Virus genome (UHGV): UHGV-0125336
Strand: one strand, 5' to 3'
Source of the DNA: a virus
DNA length: 37,419 nucleotides
Shown: positions 18,017 to 27,358 of the stretch, one piece after another
How the letters are laid out: each line of letters starts with the position of its first letter
Numbering within the stretch: the first letter of the stretch is position 1
Translations under genes and position numbers: made by a program
Notes under the pieces: model-generated
Told to the model about the DNA's origin: nothing
The model's input: the letters and a program-made list of their open reading frames with translations, nothing else
Database searches by the model: none

Positions 18017-18340
18017 GTGAGCACCATTCAAACAGGGATCACAGAGCAGGTTATTGCGTGGCTCTTTGACCACCTGCCAACGGTGTATGCAGCAGGCGCG
18101 GCGGTCAGCATTTCCGCGCTGATGAGTCTTTATGACGGACGAACGCTGGTTCAGACCGTAACGGGATCGCTGGCGTGCGGCGTTCTTGCCATGGCCGTGG
18201 CTGGGTCGTTGCGCTTCTTCGGAGTTCCTGAAGATGCCGTGACGTTTTTCGGCGCATCTATCGGTTTTATGGGCGCAGAAAAAGCACGCGACAAGATCAT
18301 TGCCGCCTTTAACCGCATAACCCAAAAGGGAGATGAATAA
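18017..18340 (+). CDS. Y: Holin, P2 gpY-like
   Basis: GTG start after a GGGGGGAG RBS. Hydrophobic TM stretches (AAGAAVSISALMSL and GSLACGVLAMAVAGSL). Sits in the lysis cassette. Confidence 0.6.
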   Translation: MSTIQTGITEQVIAWLFDHLPTVYAAGAAVSISALMSLYDGRTLVQTVTGSLACGVLAMAVAGSLRFFGVPEDAVTFFGASIGFMGAEKARDKIIAAFNRITQKGDE

Positions 18341-18394
18341 ATCGCAGGCTTAAAGCCGGTAATCACCATAAAAATCATTCACAGAGGTGACGAA

Positions 18395-18940
18395 ATGAAA
18401 TCGAAAGACGAAATTTTTGATGCCGTTCTTGGCAAAGAAGGCGGCTACGTCAATCACCCGGATGACAGAGGCGGTCCGACAAAATGGGGCATCACTGAAA
18501 AGGTGGCACGGGCGCACGGATACCGTGGCGATATGCGTGATTTAACGCGCGGACAGGCACTGGAAATCCTTGAAGCTGATTACTGGTACGGACCGCGTTT
18601 TGATCAGATAGCGAAGCTGTCCCCGGATATTGCCGCAGAACTGTGTGACACCGGAGTAAATATGGGACCGTCTGTGGCAACCAGAATGCTTCAGCGCTGG
18701 CTGAACGCATTCAATCAGGGCGGGAAACTGTATCCCGATATGGACACGGACGGACGCACCGGCCCACGCACGATTAACGCATTGCGTGCATATCTGGAAA
18801 AACGCGGTCGGGACGGCGAGATGGTGATGTTAACAGCACTGAACTGTACACAGGGTGAACGCTATCTGGAGCTGGCGGAAAAACGCGAAGCCAACGAATC
18901 GTTTGTCTACGGCTGGATAAAGGAACGCGTGGCAGCATGA
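18395..18940 (+). CDS. K: Endolysin (GH108-like N-terminus with peptidoglycan-binding C-terminus)
   Basis: EGGYVNHPDDRGGPTKWGIT motif near the N-terminus. Position after the holin. Confidence 0.8.
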   Translation: MKSKDEIFDAVLGKEGGYVNHPDDRGGPTKWGITEKVARAHGYRGDMRDLTRGQALEILEADYWYGPRFDQIAKLSPDIAAELCDTGVNMGPSVATRMLQRWLNAFNQGGKLYPDMDTDGRTGPRTINALRAYLEKRGRDGEMVMLTALNCTQGERYLELAEKREANESFVYGWIKERVAA

Positions 18941-19344
18941 AGTTATGGACTTCTCTGGGCGTCGCTTTTCTTCTGATTGCCGCATGGGGAACATCCATGC
19001 GTCTGTCGTGGTCGCTGGGCCGGGAGAACGCCAGAAACGAAGCGCAGGCCAGCACCCTGAAAAGTACCGCCGACACCCTGAATATCATCAGCGCCGGGGT
19101 ACAGGATATGCAGCAGGTGCTGGCGCAACTCCGCGTGGAAAATCAGCAACGCAATCAGGACGGAGAGGTAAGACGTGAACAGCTACGCAACGATATTGCA
19201 AAAGATGAATGCGCCCACGCTTTGCCTGACGCTCGTTTTACTGACAGGCTGCGCAGGCACGCAGAACGCGCCACTGCCAGCGCCGTCAGTCCGGCTTATA
19301 CCGCAGACGCTGACCATACCGGTAACGCCTCCCCCCTTCCCTGA
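18937..19344 (+). CDS. lysB: Inner-membrane spanin component, LysB/Rz-like
   Basis: N-terminal TM segment followed by a coiled-coil-rich region. Overlaps the endolysin stop. Confidence 0.6.
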   Translation: MKLWTSLGVAFLLIAAWGTSMRLSWSLGRENARNEAQASTLKSTADTLNIISAGVQDMQQVLAQLRVENQQRNQDGEVRREQLRNDIAKDECAHALPDARFTDRLRRHAERATASAVSPAYTADADHTGNASPLP

Positions 19345-19495
19345 CACTCCCACATGGGGAAATCTCGGTATATGGGGCGACCGCCTTCTGGATGCACTGG
19401 AAACCTGTAACGCGGATAAACGGGCCATTGAATTACTGGAACAGCGCAGGCTGCAACGACTGAACAACGAGGACAACAACCATGCTGAAAACTGA
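19205..19495 (+). CDS. lysC: Outer-membrane spanin lipoprotein, LysC/Rz1-like
   Basis: Begins inside lysB in another frame. Lipobox LLTGCAG followed by Pro-rich sequence. An upstream in-frame ATG at 19175 is also possible. Confidence 0.55.
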   Translation: MNAPTLCLTLVLLTGCAGTQNAPLPAPSVRLIPQTLTIPVTPPPFPDTPTWGNLGIWGDRLLDALETCNADKRAIELLEQRRLQRLNNEDNNHAEN

Positions 19496-19949
19496 TTCCC
19501 TGCGTGAAGCCATGACCCGTTCATGCCGATGGTGTCAGGCTAACCCGGAAAAATTCACCATTTTCGTGGAGAGCGGCAACATTGAAACGACCGGAGAAAC
19601 GCCCTCGTTTGTTTACCGCTATCAGATGGTGATGTTTGTCATGGATTACGCCGGAGAGCTGGACGACCTCACGCTGCCGCTGCTGGCGTGGTTATCCGAA
19701 AATCAGCCACAGTTGTTGCTCAATCCGGAGCGTAATCAGGACATCAAATTCTCCGCCGTTATCAATGACGATGACAGCGCCGATCTCCTGTTTACGCTCC
19801 CCCTGCGGGAACGCGTTCGCATCACGCGCAGCAGTCAGGGCACACCGCAGGCAGAACACCTGCCGGAGCCAAAACCCCGCCTGCCCTCTTCCGAAGGCGA
19901 CTGGTCGCATGTATTCCAGGATGTGACGTGGGGTGAAAGCGATGGATAA
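19482..19949 (+). CDS. R: Tail completion protein, P2 gpR-like
   Basis: 155-aa ORF in the R position. Confidence 0.8.
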   Translation: MLKTDSLREAMTRSCRWCQANPEKFTIFVESGNIETTGETPSFVYRYQMVMFVMDYAGELDDLTLPLLAWLSENQPQLLLNPERNQDIKFSAVINDDDSADLLFTLPLRERVRITRSSQGTPQAEHLPEPKPRLPSSEGDWSHVFQDVTWGESDG

Positions 19950-20577
19950 GGCATTCACCCGCGTGGATGAAACCTTTGAGGCCATCCGCGACAGCCTGAA
20001 TCAGCAGGCCATCAATAACATCGCCAGAAAGCTGGCACAGGATTTACGCCGCGCCCAGCAGGCACGTATCCGGTCACAGAAAGCGCCGGACGGGACCGCA
20101 TGGACACCACGCAGACGCCGCGTAACCCGGATACAGGAGCGCATTCGCTTTATCTGGAATAACGAAGCACGCACGCTGAAAAACTGGCATCACGACACGG
20201 GGAAATACGGGCGAACCATTACCGGGTGGGATGAGGATAAAAACAATATCCGCACGTTTTACCGGGATGACATCGACCGTTTTCTGGAAATACGCACCCG
20301 GCGCATCAACCAGGACAGCACAAAGCGCGTCCCCATGTTCGTAAAACTGCGCACCACCCGCTACCTGAAAGCACGAGCGGATGCTTCCGGTGTGACGGTG
20401 GGTTACAGCGGTGTGGCTGCACGTATTGCACGCGTTCATCAGTTCGGTGAGCGCGATCAGGTTGCGCCAGGCATTTTCACCGATTACCCGGTACGTGAGC
20501 TGTTGGGCATCAGTCAGGCAGATGAACGCCTGATTTATAACACGGTGCTGGGCCGGATTGCGGAGGCTGTACGGTGA
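19933..20577 (+). CDS. S: Tail completion protein, P2 gpS-like
   Basis: 214-aa ORF overlapping the R end. Confidence 0.8.
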   Translation: MKAMDKAFTRVDETFEAIRDSLNQQAINNIARKLAQDLRRAQQARIRSQKAPDGTAWTPRRRRVTRIQERIRFIWNNEARTLKNWHHDTGKYGRTITGWDEDKNNIRTFYRDDIDRFLEIRTRRINQDSTKRVPMFVKLRTTRYLKARADASGVTVGYSGVAARIARVHQFGERDQVAPGIFTDYPVRELLGISQADERLIYNTVLGRIAEAVR

Positions 20578-21155
20578 GCGCAGAACTCATGCGACTGCTG
20601 AGCAACATCATCCGCACCGGGATCATCTCTGAAGTTGATGAGAAGTCCTGGCGCGTGCGCGTTCGCAGCGGCGAACTGGAAACAGGCTGGTTGCGCTGGA
20701 ACACCACGCGCGCGGGAGCCTTCAATGTGTGGCTGCCGCCATCACCCGGCGAACAGGTGGTAATTGCCTGCATTGGCGGCAACCCGGAAACCGCCATGAT
20801 AATTGGCAGCCTGTGGAGTGATGCCAATCCGGCCCCCGGCAAAAGCCTGAAGGAAATCGTGGTCACAGCGCCTGACGGCGCGGTGTTCCGCTACGATGCG
20901 GACGCAGGTGCACTGAGCGCCACCGGAATCAGAACCGCCACCATTCAGGCCGGAACGGGCGTGACGCTGGACACCCCCACCGTCACCTGCACAAATCATC
21001 TGAAGACGGCAACGTTTGAGGTGACAGAAGGCGGAACCCTGAGCGGCAATATCTCGCACAGCGGCGGTGATTTCACCTCCAACGGTGTGACGCTGCACAC
21101 ACACAAACACAGTGGCGTGAAGAGCGGCGGCGACACCACAGGAGGCCCGCAGTGA
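20574..21155 (+). CDS. V: Baseplate spike/assembly protein, P2 gpV-like
   Basis: 193-aa ORF with GTG start overlapping the S stop. Confidence 0.8.
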   Translation: MSAELMRLLSNIIRTGIISEVDEKSWRVRVRSGELETGWLRWNTTRAGAFNVWLPPSPGEQVVIACIGGNPETAMIIGSLWSDANPAPGKSLKEIVVTAPDGAVFRYDADAGALSATGIRTATIQAGTGVTLDTPTVTCTNHLKTATFEVTEGGTLSGNISHSGGDFTSNGVTLHTHKHSGVKSGGDTTGGPQ

Positions 21156-21517
21156 GTGCACGTTTTCTGGGGATGAACCCCGAAGCCACCGGCACGCTCA
21201 GCGACACGGACCATCTGTGGAACAGCGTGAGGGATATTCTGCTGACACCGCTCGCCAGCCGGGTGATGCGCCGGGAATACGGCAGCCTGCTGCCGGATTT
21301 GCTGGATGCACCGATGAATGCCACAACCCGCCTTCAGTGCATGAGTGCCGTGGTGATTGCCCTGACGCAGTGGGAGCCGCGCATCGCCCTGAATGCCGTT
21401 GACATTCAGTGGGAGGCGGGCGGAAAAGCCGTTATCACCCTCACCGGCACACTGACAGAAAGCATGGAAACCGTACAGAACACACTGACACTCGGGAGCG
21501 ACAATGCCAGCCGTTGA
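21152..21517 (+). CDS. W: Baseplate wedge protein, P2 gpW-like
   Basis: 121-aa ORF with GGAGG RBS, overlapping the V stop. Confidence 0.8.
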   Translation: MSARFLGMNPEATGTLSDTDHLWNSVRDILLTPLASRVMRREYGSLLPDLLDAPMNATTRLQCMSAVVIALTQWEPRIALNAVDIQWEAGGKAVITLTGTLTESMETVQNTLTLGSDNASR

Positions 21518-22400
21518 CCTGTCGGAACTGCCGACACCACAGATTATTGAAACGCCGGATTTTGAAGTCATCCTGGAAGACGTAAAAGAAAGCATGATTA
21601 CGGCATTCCCGCAGACACAACAGGCTGCCGTCCGGTCAGCCATGGCGCTCGAGTCCGAACCGCTCACGGTCATCGCTCAGGCATTTGCACTGCGTGAGTT
21701 GCTGCTTCGCCAGCGAATTAATGAAGGGGCAGCGGCCTGTATGCTGAGCCATTCCACAGGTGACGACCTGGATAACCTCGCCGCCAACATGAACACCGCG
21801 CGACTGGTCATCACACCGGCCACGGACACCGCGGAGGCCGTCATGGAAAGCGACACAGCCCTGCGGCTGCGTGCACAGTCTGCGTTTGATGGCCTCAGCG
21901 TGGCCGGTCCCACCGGGGCGTATGAATATTTTGCCCGCAGTGCCAGCGGTCAGGTGGCGGACGCACGCGCTACCAGCCCCGCACCGGCGGAAGTGGTGGT
22001 GGCGGTGCTGTCCACGGAAGGCGACGGTACGGCGACCGAAGCACTCCTGACGACGGTCAGAAATGCGCTGAATGCCGAAGACGTTCGCCCGGTCGGTGAC
22101 CGTCTGACGGTGCAGAGCGCAGAAATCATCCGGTATCAGATTGATGCCCGGCTTTACTTTTATCCGGGGCCGGAGTCGGAACCTATCCTGAATGCCGCCA
22201 GAAACAATCTGGAAACCTGGCTTGCCGAACAGGGCAAAATCGGTCGCGATGTGGCGCTTTCCGCCATCATGGCCGCGCTGCATGTTCAGGGCGTTCAGCG
22301 CGTGGAACTGACCAGCCCCGCACAGAATATTGTTATCAGTGATGTGCAGTCAGCGTACTGCACATCGTTTTCGGTCAGCGCAGGGGGAACCAATGAGTGA
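21504..22400 (+). CDS. J: Baseplate protein, P2 gpJ-like
   Basis: 298-aa ORF in the J position. Confidence 0.85.
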   Translation: MPAVDLSELPTPQIIETPDFEVILEDVKESMITAFPQTQQAAVRSAMALESEPLTVIAQAFALRELLLRQRINEGAAACMLSHSTGDDLDNLAANMNTARLVITPATDTAEAVMESDTALRLRAQSAFDGLSVAGPTGAYEYFARSASGQVADARATSPAPAEVVVAVLSTEGDGTATEALLTTVRNALNAEDVRPVGDRLTVQSAEIIRYQIDARLYFYPGPESEPILNAARNNLETWLAEQGKIGRDVALSAIMAALHVQGVQRVELTSPAQNIVISDVQSAYCTSFSVSAGGTNE

Positions 22401-22932
22401 ACCGTCACTTCTCCCCCCTTCAGCCAGCGATTTCATGCGCTGCGTGGAGCGGGGGGCTACCCGGTTGTCAGCATTACCTGTCAGCCTTAATCAGCTCTGG
22501 GATCCTGACACCTGCCCGGTGGCCCTGCTGCCTTATCTGGCGTGGGCGCTGTCCGTGGACAGGTGGGATCGTGACTGGACGGAAGAAACAAAGCGCCAGG
22601 TGATCCGTGATGCCTGGGCAATCCACCGCCATAAGGGAACCATCAGCGCCATCAGGCGTGTGGTTGAACCCTTTGGCTATGTCATTAACGTGACGGAATG
22701 GTGGGAAACCGGCGATCCGCGAGGGACTTTCCGGCTGGACATCGGTGTACTGGATACCGGTATCTCCGCTGCGACCTATACCGAGCTGGAGCGCCTCATC
22801 GATGATGCCCGCCCGGTGAGTCGCCATCTTACCGGATTAAATATTGTGCAGGACATTTACGGGGATGTGTACGCCGGCGGGGCGGTATTTTGCGGCGACA
22901 CTATTGAGGTTTATCCGGGAGAGGTTGTCTGA
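22393..22932 (+). CDS. I: Baseplate protein, P2 gpI-like
   Basis: Start at MSEPSLLPP (22393), overlapping the J stop. The ORF-track start at 22330 is likely too far upstream. Confidence 0.75.
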   Translation: MSEPSLLPPSASDFMRCVERGATRLSALPVSLNQLWDPDTCPVALLPYLAWALSVDRWDRDWTEETKRQVIRDAWAIHRHKGTISAIRRVVEPFGYVINVTEWWETGDPRGTFRLDIGVLDTGISAATYTELERLIDDARPVSRHLTGLNIVQDIYGDVYAGGAVFCGDTIEVYPGEVV

Positions 22933-22934
22933 AT

Positions 22935-25781
22935 ATGAAATATGGTGCCATTATCACAGCGGCTGGCGCTGCCAGGCTTGCTGCAGCCACAACAGCAACA
23001 GGCCAGAAGCTGAACATCACTCACATGGCCGTGGGAGATGGTAATGGAAATCTCCCGGAACCATCGGCCTCACAGACCGCCCTGAACAATGAAGTCTGGC
23101 GCGGGACGCTGAATAAAATTACACAGAACAGCAAAGCGCCAAATCAGGTGATTGCGGAACTGGTTATTCCTCCGGAAGTTGGCGGCTTCTGGATGCGGGA
23201 GCTGGGGTTGTATGACGACAGCGGAACCCTGATTGCCGTCGCCAATATGGCAGAAAGCTACAAGCCGTTACTCGCCGAAGGTTCGGGGCGCTCAATGGTC
23301 TGCCGCATGTTCATCATCATCAGCGATATGAACGCGGTGAATCTGTCAGTGGACAGCAGCGTCATTGCCGCAACACAGGAATATGTTAACGAAGCCATCT
23401 CCGGCCTGCACCGCGCCATCATTGATGATGTGGTTCTTCAGCATAAAGTTGTCCACGATATTGACTACACCGGGATTTTTGACGGCGCGGATAAGATGAG
23501 CCAGGGGTTCTGTATCTGTGATACGCCGCAGGGAACCCGAATGTTTCTGCATCAGCCTGTATCGGGTGGCGTAAGGATTGTTGAAACGACATTTAACCCT
23601 GACGGAGAAAACGAAAACCCGACGGTCATTTCGTTTTCTCCCGTTTTCGCTGATATTGGTCACCAGAGTATCGGGGCCGTATGTGAAGACGGTCGCGTGA
23701 TGCTGTATACCCCGACCGCTGACGGCAAGGGTGTGAATATCATCAACTGGAATGGGGCTGACACCAGTCTGACAGATGTCACCCGTACGGAGATTTTCAC
23801 CTCTGACTTTTTTACCGGGGATGAAATTATAACGGTGGCATTGTCGGTAGACGGAAGCCTGTTGATTGTTCAGTCAAGTAATGAAGCCGTCCATCTTCAT
23901 TACAACAGGGATGACCGCCGCACAGTTTATGTTTTCGATCGCGCTTCTCTGACGTTTAAACACCGGATTTATCTGTCCACCCAGTCAATGGTGTCGCAGG
24001 CATTTCAGGGGATGGCCAGCGATGGTCATTATCTGTTTGCTTATTACGGTTATACAGGCGTATTTCTGACTCACCGCATTGTTGTATATAACCTGTCAAC
24101 GGGCGAAGTTGTCAGACAGTTCAATGTGGATGGCGTTCGTGCCAGGTATGGCCGCCAGAAAATGCTGGGGAATGCAGAGCTGGGGTATCCCGTTTTGCAG
24201 GAAGCCGAAGGGCTGGCTCTTCATAACGGAAAACTGTATCTGCTCGATATGGATTTCTGGTGTCAGACAGCCGATGTGGTTTCTTTTGAGGGGGCATACT
24301 TTGCAGCACGTGCAACAAATTTTTCTGGCCGTTCCCCGGTGAATCCATCTTACTGGACGCCTACAGCATATGGAACGGCGGCTGCAACGAAATATGATGC
24401 CACGAAGTCTTATACGTGTGGCGTGGCGACAAAACGCAGCAAAGCTGTGGTTTCCGTGGAGGCTTACGACGGCACAGGCTATCTGGTGGACTCCGGCGTG
24501 GCGTTTCCTGACAGCCATGCCAGCCTTTTTCTGAGTCCCAATGCTGTAAATATAGCCCTGTCACCCAATGAAGACTTCCAGGTGGCAGCCTATGAGCAGA
24601 ATCTGCGCTCGCATCGCCCGTTATTTGAGGTCAGAAAGGAGGCTCCGGATACAGACACTTCTGCTGCTGTTTTTCGTTTGTACGGGGATGCGTTCCGAAC
24701 CGGAGAATACACAGGCCGCTTCGTTCAGTGGAAACACCGACTGAACGCCGTGCACGATTGTCTGGAAATACGCGCTGACGTGGATTTGTTGAGCGGTGGC
24801 GGAATTAACCTTTACTCAATGAACGATACTCAGTCGGCGGGACGCACAAGGCTTTATTGCACCGATGGCAGTGAGACCTGGTCTGTATTATTGAGTCCGG
24901 TCTCGCCGTCATTTCATCCCGACCAGGACAAGGCAATGAATCTGGGGTCATCGCCAAATCGCTGGAATGTGGCATACCTGCAGGGCGTGAATATTAAATC
25001 GGATGACGAAACCCAGAAGCGCATGGCCATCAGCACCACGCTGAAGGCGGGAGCTTTCCAGGTATCAACAGCCGGGAATCTGGGTATTTATGACGATTCT
25101 GCTGACGCTTATGTAATTGCAGCCCGTAGTGACGGCACTGCATTCATGCAGATGGATACAGATATTAACGGTGCATTCCGGCCATCGGTTAACAATACCA
25201 GCGACCTGGGTGCGCCCAACAAAGCGTTCCGGAGCGTGTATCTCTGCAACTCGCCGACCGTTGTGTCGGATGCGACGTTAAAGGATACACCGCGCGATGC
25301 GACAACAGCCGAAAACGCGGCATTTGCAGAAATAGCACGACTTCCGGGCGTGTGGCGCTGGTTACAGAGAATTGAGGAGGAGGGCGAGGACGCGCGTCTG
25401 CACGCCGGGCCGACAGTCCAGGCCGCGATAGCGGTGATGGAGAAACACGGTCTGGACTGGCGGAAATACAGCGCATTTTGTCTGGATTCGTGGGAAGCGG
25501 AGGAGGCACAGTACGAAGATATGCCGGAAGAGTATGAAGATATTCCGGTTCAGCCTGCGATTTATTCGGATGAAGGGGAGCTGTTGAGCGGGACAACCCG
25601 TGTGCTTACCCGACAGGCGGAAAGGGTTCTTGTTCGCCCTGCAACCGAAGCAGGAAGCCGTTATCGCTTCCGGAAAGAGGAGCTTCTCTGGTGGTGTCTG
25701 CGTGCTGTTGTCAGCCAGGTGGATGCGCTGACAGAGAGCATCAGCGCACTTACCCGCCGTGTTGATTTACTGGAGGAATAA
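22935..25781 (+). CDS. H: Tail fibre, P2 gpH-like N-terminus with divergent receptor-binding region and C-terminal intramolecular-chaperone-like domain
   Basis: N-terminal 150 aa conserved gpH anchor. C-terminal 170 aa begin at SDATLKD (25263-25286) and show the auto-cleaving chaperone pattern (..VWRW.., ..GPTVQAAIAVMEKHG.., terminal coiled coil). Confidence 0.85.
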   Translation: MKYGAIITAAGAARLAAATTATGQKLNITHMAVGDGNGNLPEPSASQTALNNEVWRGTLNKITQNSKAPNQVIAELVIPPEVGGFWMRELGLYDDSGTLIAVANMAESYKPLLAEGSGRSMVCRMFIIISDMNAVNLSVDSSVIAATQEYVNEAISGLHRAIIDDVVLQHKVVHDIDYTGIFDGADKMSQGFCICDTPQGTRMFLHQPVSGGVRIVETTFNPDGENENPTVISFSPVFADIGHQSIGAVCEDGRVMLYTPTADGKGVNIINWNGADTSLTDVTRTEIFTSDFFTGDEIITVALSVDGSLLIVQSSNEAVHLHYNRDDRRTVYVFDRASLTFKHRIYLSTQSMVSQAFQGMASDGHYLFAYYGYTGVFLTHRIVVYNLSTGEVVRQFNVDGVRARYGRQKMLGNAELGYPVLQEAEGLALHNGKLYLLDMDFWCQTADVVSFEGAYFAARATNFSGRSPVNPSYWTPTAYGTAAATKYDATKSYTCGVATKRSKAVVSVEAYDGTGYLVDSGVAFPDSHASLFLSPNAVNIALSPNEDFQVAAYEQNLRSHRPLFEVRKEAPDTDTSAAVFRLYGDAFRTGEYTGRFVQWKHRLNAVHDCLEIRADVDLLSGGGINLYSMNDTQSAGRTRLYCTDGSETWSVLLSPVSPSFHPDQDKAMNLGSSPNRWNVAYLQGVNIKSDDETQKRMAISTTLKAGAFQVSTAGNLGIYDDSADAYVIAARSDGTAFMQMDTDINGAFRPSVNNTSDLGAPNKAFRSVYLCNSPTVVSDATLKDTPRDATTAENAAFAEIARLPGVWRWLQRIEEEGEDARLHAGPTVQAAIAVMEKHGLDWRKYSAFCLDSWEAEEAQYEDMPEEYEDIPVQPAIYSDEGELLSGTTRVLTRQAERVLVRPATEAGSRYRFRKEELLWWCLRAVVSQVDALTESISALTRRVDLLEE

Positions 25782-25783
25782 TT

Positions 25784-26068
25784 ATGGACTTAACCCCGGT
25801 GTTCCATGCACTTTGTGCGGTGGCCACTCAGTTTCTGGTAGGTCTTTTTACCGGAAACTGGGCTTACGGAGCGATAGCCGGTTGTACGTTCTTCATTGCG
25901 CGTGAACACACCCAGGCAGAATATCGCTGGATTGAAATGTTCGGGCATGGCAGGCGTATGAATATGCCGTGGTGGGGCGGTTTTGACCCACGCGCGTGGG
26001 ATATGGCAAGTCTGATGGATTTTGCAGTGCCGGTGGTGGCATGTCTGCTGGTCTGGCTGGTCGTATGA
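25784..26068 (+). CDS. Small two-TM membrane protein in the position normally held by gpG
   Basis: 94-aa ORF starting 2 nt after the H stop. Two hydrophobic segments. Not gpG-like. Confidence 0.5.
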   Translation: MDLTPVFHALCAVATQFLVGLFTGNWAYGAIAGCTFFIAREHTQAEYRWIEMFGHGRRMNMPWWGGFDPRAWDMASLMDFAVPVVACLLVWLVV

Positions 26069-26080
26069 CGTAGCAGGAAA

Positions 26081-26105
26081 CAGGGGGATTTGCCCCTGTT
26101 TTTTT
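26081..26105 (+). terminator. Intrinsic terminator of the H operon
   Basis: CAGGGG-GATTTG-CCCCTG hairpin followed by a T7 run. Confidence 0.55.
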
Positions 26106-26222
26106 GTTCAGAATGCAGCCTTCACCATTCGTCTCTAATCGTATTCAGTAATTCGCCCGCAGAAACAAACTAAAATTCATCCCCCACATCACGCCACTGA
26201 AAGCAGACGGTAAACTCCAGAT
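26106..26222 (-). pseudogene. Degenerate remnant of a gpU 3' end
   Basis: About 75-80% identical by eye to 26888..27010 (the intact U 3' end) in the same orientation. Reading frame preserved at the stop (RMVKAAF* versus KMATAAF*), but an in-frame TAG lies upstream. Confidence 0.6.
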
Positions 26223-26525
26223 TTTCAAACCAGCGTCAGAAGTATTTAAATGGCACCAGATGTAATATGCAGGCGATTAATATGGTGTGCTTAAAGATCA
26301 TAAAAGCGGGCAACATTAAAACTCCGGGCTGTGTAAATTACCGCCACTCATAATCAGAGATGAAAACAGAATTAAACTGGCGGCGTGGATTGTATACATA
26401 AAATAAGTTCAGTTGTTGACTTTCACTTCCGTGAGTTGATGAAGGTTATTACAATACACCGGTATGATCTCTCCTCCTTAAAAGGGAGGACTTTTCAGAA
26501 CGCAGAAATTATTTATAATCCCGTA

Positions 26526-26576
26526 GTGTTCTACACATGCCAACATTCTTTGCCCGCCCCGTGCGGGCTTTTTTTT
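26526..26576 (+). ncRNA. Candidate small RNA 1 (about 50 nt)
   Basis: Weak promoter (TTTTCA-N16-TATAAT, -10 at 26514-26519) upstream of a strong terminator (GCCCGC-CCCGT-GCGGGC plus T8, 26552-26576). No convincing ORF. Confidence 0.25.
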
Positions 26577-26666
26577 GCCATAAAGACACAGTAACAAACA
26601 GAATTGTAATCAGAGCAATAAAATCATGAAAAACATTTTCATTGATGACGATAACAATTAAAAATA

Positions 26667-26696
26667 TTGCATTAAATGATTCCCGTTCAATATAAT
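26667..26696 (+). promoter_or_regulatory. Sigma70-like promoter (TTGCAT-N18-TATAAT)
   Basis: -35 TTGCAT at 26667-26672 and -10 TATAAT at 26691-26696. Drives the short transcript ending at the 26740-26763 terminator. Confidence 0.45.
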
Positions 26697-26703
26697 CCCC
26701 CTG

Positions 26704-26763
26704 CAACCAGAAAAATTAAATCTTCACACAATGCATGTTGCCCTCTTTATGAGGGCTTTTTTA
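26704..26763 (+). ncRNA. Candidate small RNA 2 (about 60 nt)
   Basis: Between the TTGCAT/TATAAT promoter and the terminator GCCCTC-TTTAT-GAGGGC plus T6. No ORF. Shares a CACA-ATGC-TTGCCC motif with candidate 1. Confidence 0.35.
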
Positions 26764-26854
26764 TTTCCCGAATATCACCATTGCCATCATCGGGCGATTT
26801 ATATATAGTCAGAATGTATTGACAACATTTTGCTTCTTTTCCATGAAGGCCATA

Positions 26855-26886
26855 AGGGAGTGCTTTTTACACTCCCTCTTTTTTTA
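26855..26886 (+). terminator. Intrinsic terminator abutting the U stop codon
   Basis: AGGGAGTG-CTTTTTA-CACTCCCT followed by a T8 run. Plus-strand oriented. Confidence 0.6.
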
Positions 26887-26887
26887 T

Positions 26888-27352
26888 TCAGAATGCCGCT
26901 GTCGCCATTTTGTCTTTAAGCGTGTTCAGTAATTCGCCCGCAGAAGCAGACTGAAACCTCTCCCTCATATCCTCATCACACCGCTGAAAGCTGATGGAGA
27001 ACTCAATCTTTTTTGCCTTTCCGTAACGATCCAGTTCGGAGCGGGTGGTCTGTAATCCCGTAATCACGTACATTCCGTAAATCTGCCCCGTGCCATCAAT
27101 CAGCGGCCAGGGACATCCTGTGTAGGCCTGGGTGTTCAGTAGTGTCAGCGACACCTCACCGCCGGTAATTTCCGGGTACAGCAAACCGGACAGCGTGATC
27201 TGGTCATCACCTGCGCCGATATACTGCCAGGCCGCAGAGCGGTTAATGCGCTCATTTTTCACATGTCGCCATGTTTTGCTCTGCTGGATCTGCTGATGTG
27301 GCAGCGTGCGCAGCTCAAAAACAAACATGCCGTAGATCATCATCATGGTCAT
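26888..27352 (-). CDS. U: Tail protein, P2 gpU-like
   Basis: ...ITLSGLLYPEITGGEVSL...IDGTG... parallels recalled gpU (...VTLSGTLYPELTGGRLSL...IEGTG...). Confidence 0.85.
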   Translation of the reverse strand: MTMMMIYGMFVFELRTLPHQQIQQSKTWRHVKNERINRSAAWQYIGAGDDQITLSGLLYPEITGGEVSLTLLNTQAYTGCPWPLIDGTGQIYGMYVITGLQTTRSELDRYGKAKKIEFSISFQRCDEDMRERFQSASAGELLNTLKDKMATAAF

Positions 27353-27358
27353 GACTCC

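Noticed and set aside
26385-26706. ORFs 26385..26594 (+, 69 aa) and 26509..26706 (-, 65 aa) in the moron
   Set aside because: Both read through intrinsic terminator hairpins and have no RBS. The region is better explained as promoters, terminators and small RNAs.
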